Assembly (NCBI GenBank): GCA_951406725.2
Contig: OX597814.1
Coordinates: 170,314,001 to 170,378,000, forward strand
Source: Octopus vulgaris
Lineage: Eukaryota
Reading direction: 5' to 3'
DNA: 64,000 nt
In this document: positions 62,841-64,000 of the stretch, one piece after another
Layout of the letters: every line of letters starts with the position of its first letter
Position numbering within the stretch: the first letter of the stretch is position 1
Notes under the pieces: model-generated
Told to the model about the DNA's origin: nothing
Database searches by the model: none
What the model saw: the letters and a program-made list of their open reading frames with translations, nothing else
Translations under genes and position numbers: made by a program

Positions 62841-63959
62841 CTAGCTGAATTACCCAGTAATACCCGGAAAAGCAGGAGTTATTTCCAGTTCCTATTCCCA
62901 TTACACTGTTTCACGTCCTATCCCCAATCCTATGTCAATATATAAATTTTAGAATCAGTTAGGTGTAATTAAGCCATTAAATATTTTATTAACCTTTATG
63001 GTAATAGTTTATTGCTAAAAATAGGTATTACAAATTATTAATACGATTAGTTGGGTGAATAAGGAATGTCCCTGTTATTTTAACAAACGAATATGCATTT
63101 GAGTAAAATAAATGAGTTGACCGGTAATACTGGGAAAGCGGGGGTTATCCCCAGTTCCTGTTTACTGTTGCACTGTTCCATGTCCTATCCCATTTCCTGT
63201 TCAGTTTCTGTCTTCATGCCTAAACCAGCAAACATTGACAAATAGTCTGCATATTGTAGTTGGCATTGTCACGTGTCATAGCTTGGGGGACCCATTATAG
63301 ATTTTTATTGAAATCCAATTCACCTGTAATTCAACTGGATGTTAGGAACAAATAAATAACAAAATCAGATTTAACGTAGAAAATTATTTCAATATACCAA
63401 ATTTGAAACTTTTGACATAAATTTAAAATCTCACAATATGTGACAGCAACTGGGAAGACAGACAGTTATAGGACGTGACACACACACACACACACAAATT
63501 TACAAATGTACCTACAGGTAATCATGAGTTTAAAATAGTGTATAGTAGACATGTATGCATGTACATATCTGTAAATGTGTATGTGTATCTGTGTGTGAGT
63601 ATTTTTTTGCGATGGACATCAGAAAAGCCACCTACCCCCTCTTCTCTTAAAGCTATGTATTCTTCACATCCACCTTTCTGTGTGTGTGTGTTGTATTTGC
63701 AAAAGTAAAGTCACCATCACTCTGCTACTACCTTTCCCTCTGACTAATACTTTTTGCAACCTTCTCATTTTATCATATAATTCGCCCAACACCCCTGGGG
63801 AGCATATTATCGATTTTTATTGAAATCCAATTAGCCTATTGTTGAACTGGATGTTAATGTAACATGTATGCAAAGTTTCGAGAATATTGGTTTGCTGGTT
63901 TAGGCACCAAGATGGTCACAGACAGACAGAAAGACAGAAATTGCCTTTTATATATTAGA
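62841..63959 (-). mobile_element. Non-autonomous Helitron-like element, 1119 bp
   Basis: Minus strand starts A|TC (63960/63959) and ends CTAG|T (62841/62840); subterminal imperfect hairpin ccagta-a-tacccgg; (GACA)n near 5' end; internal duplications 62851-62930/63119-63200 and 63285-63345/63797-63856. Confidence 0.75.
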
Positions 63960-64000
63960 TATGTCTGGAAAAAGTGATGGTATGTTCAAGGAAGCACTTT

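Overview
AT-rich, repeat-dense eukaryotic DNA with no supportable host protein-coding exon, so most likely a large intron or intergenic block. The repeat repertoire looks to me like a coleoid cephalopod (octopus) genome; this is inference from recalled repeat families, not a database result. The window holds three tRNA-headed SINE groups, 5'-truncated LINE remnants (CR1-group, RTE, R4/Dong-type), TTAA-flanked piggyBac-like non-autonomous elements, two hAT MITEs, a non-autonomous Helitron and many TA/CA/CT microsatellites. Two signals stand out. First, several different short modules, mostly between (TA)n tracts, carry type I hammerhead-ribozyme motifs and/or fold-back inverted arms, resembling Penelope-like element or retrozyme relics. 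Second, one SINE head occurs with two alternative 3' tails, each matching the 3' end of a different LINE present in this window, with a compensatory base pair in the shared CR1-type hairpin. Boundaries of degenerate repeats are approximate; all alignments and folds were done by eye.
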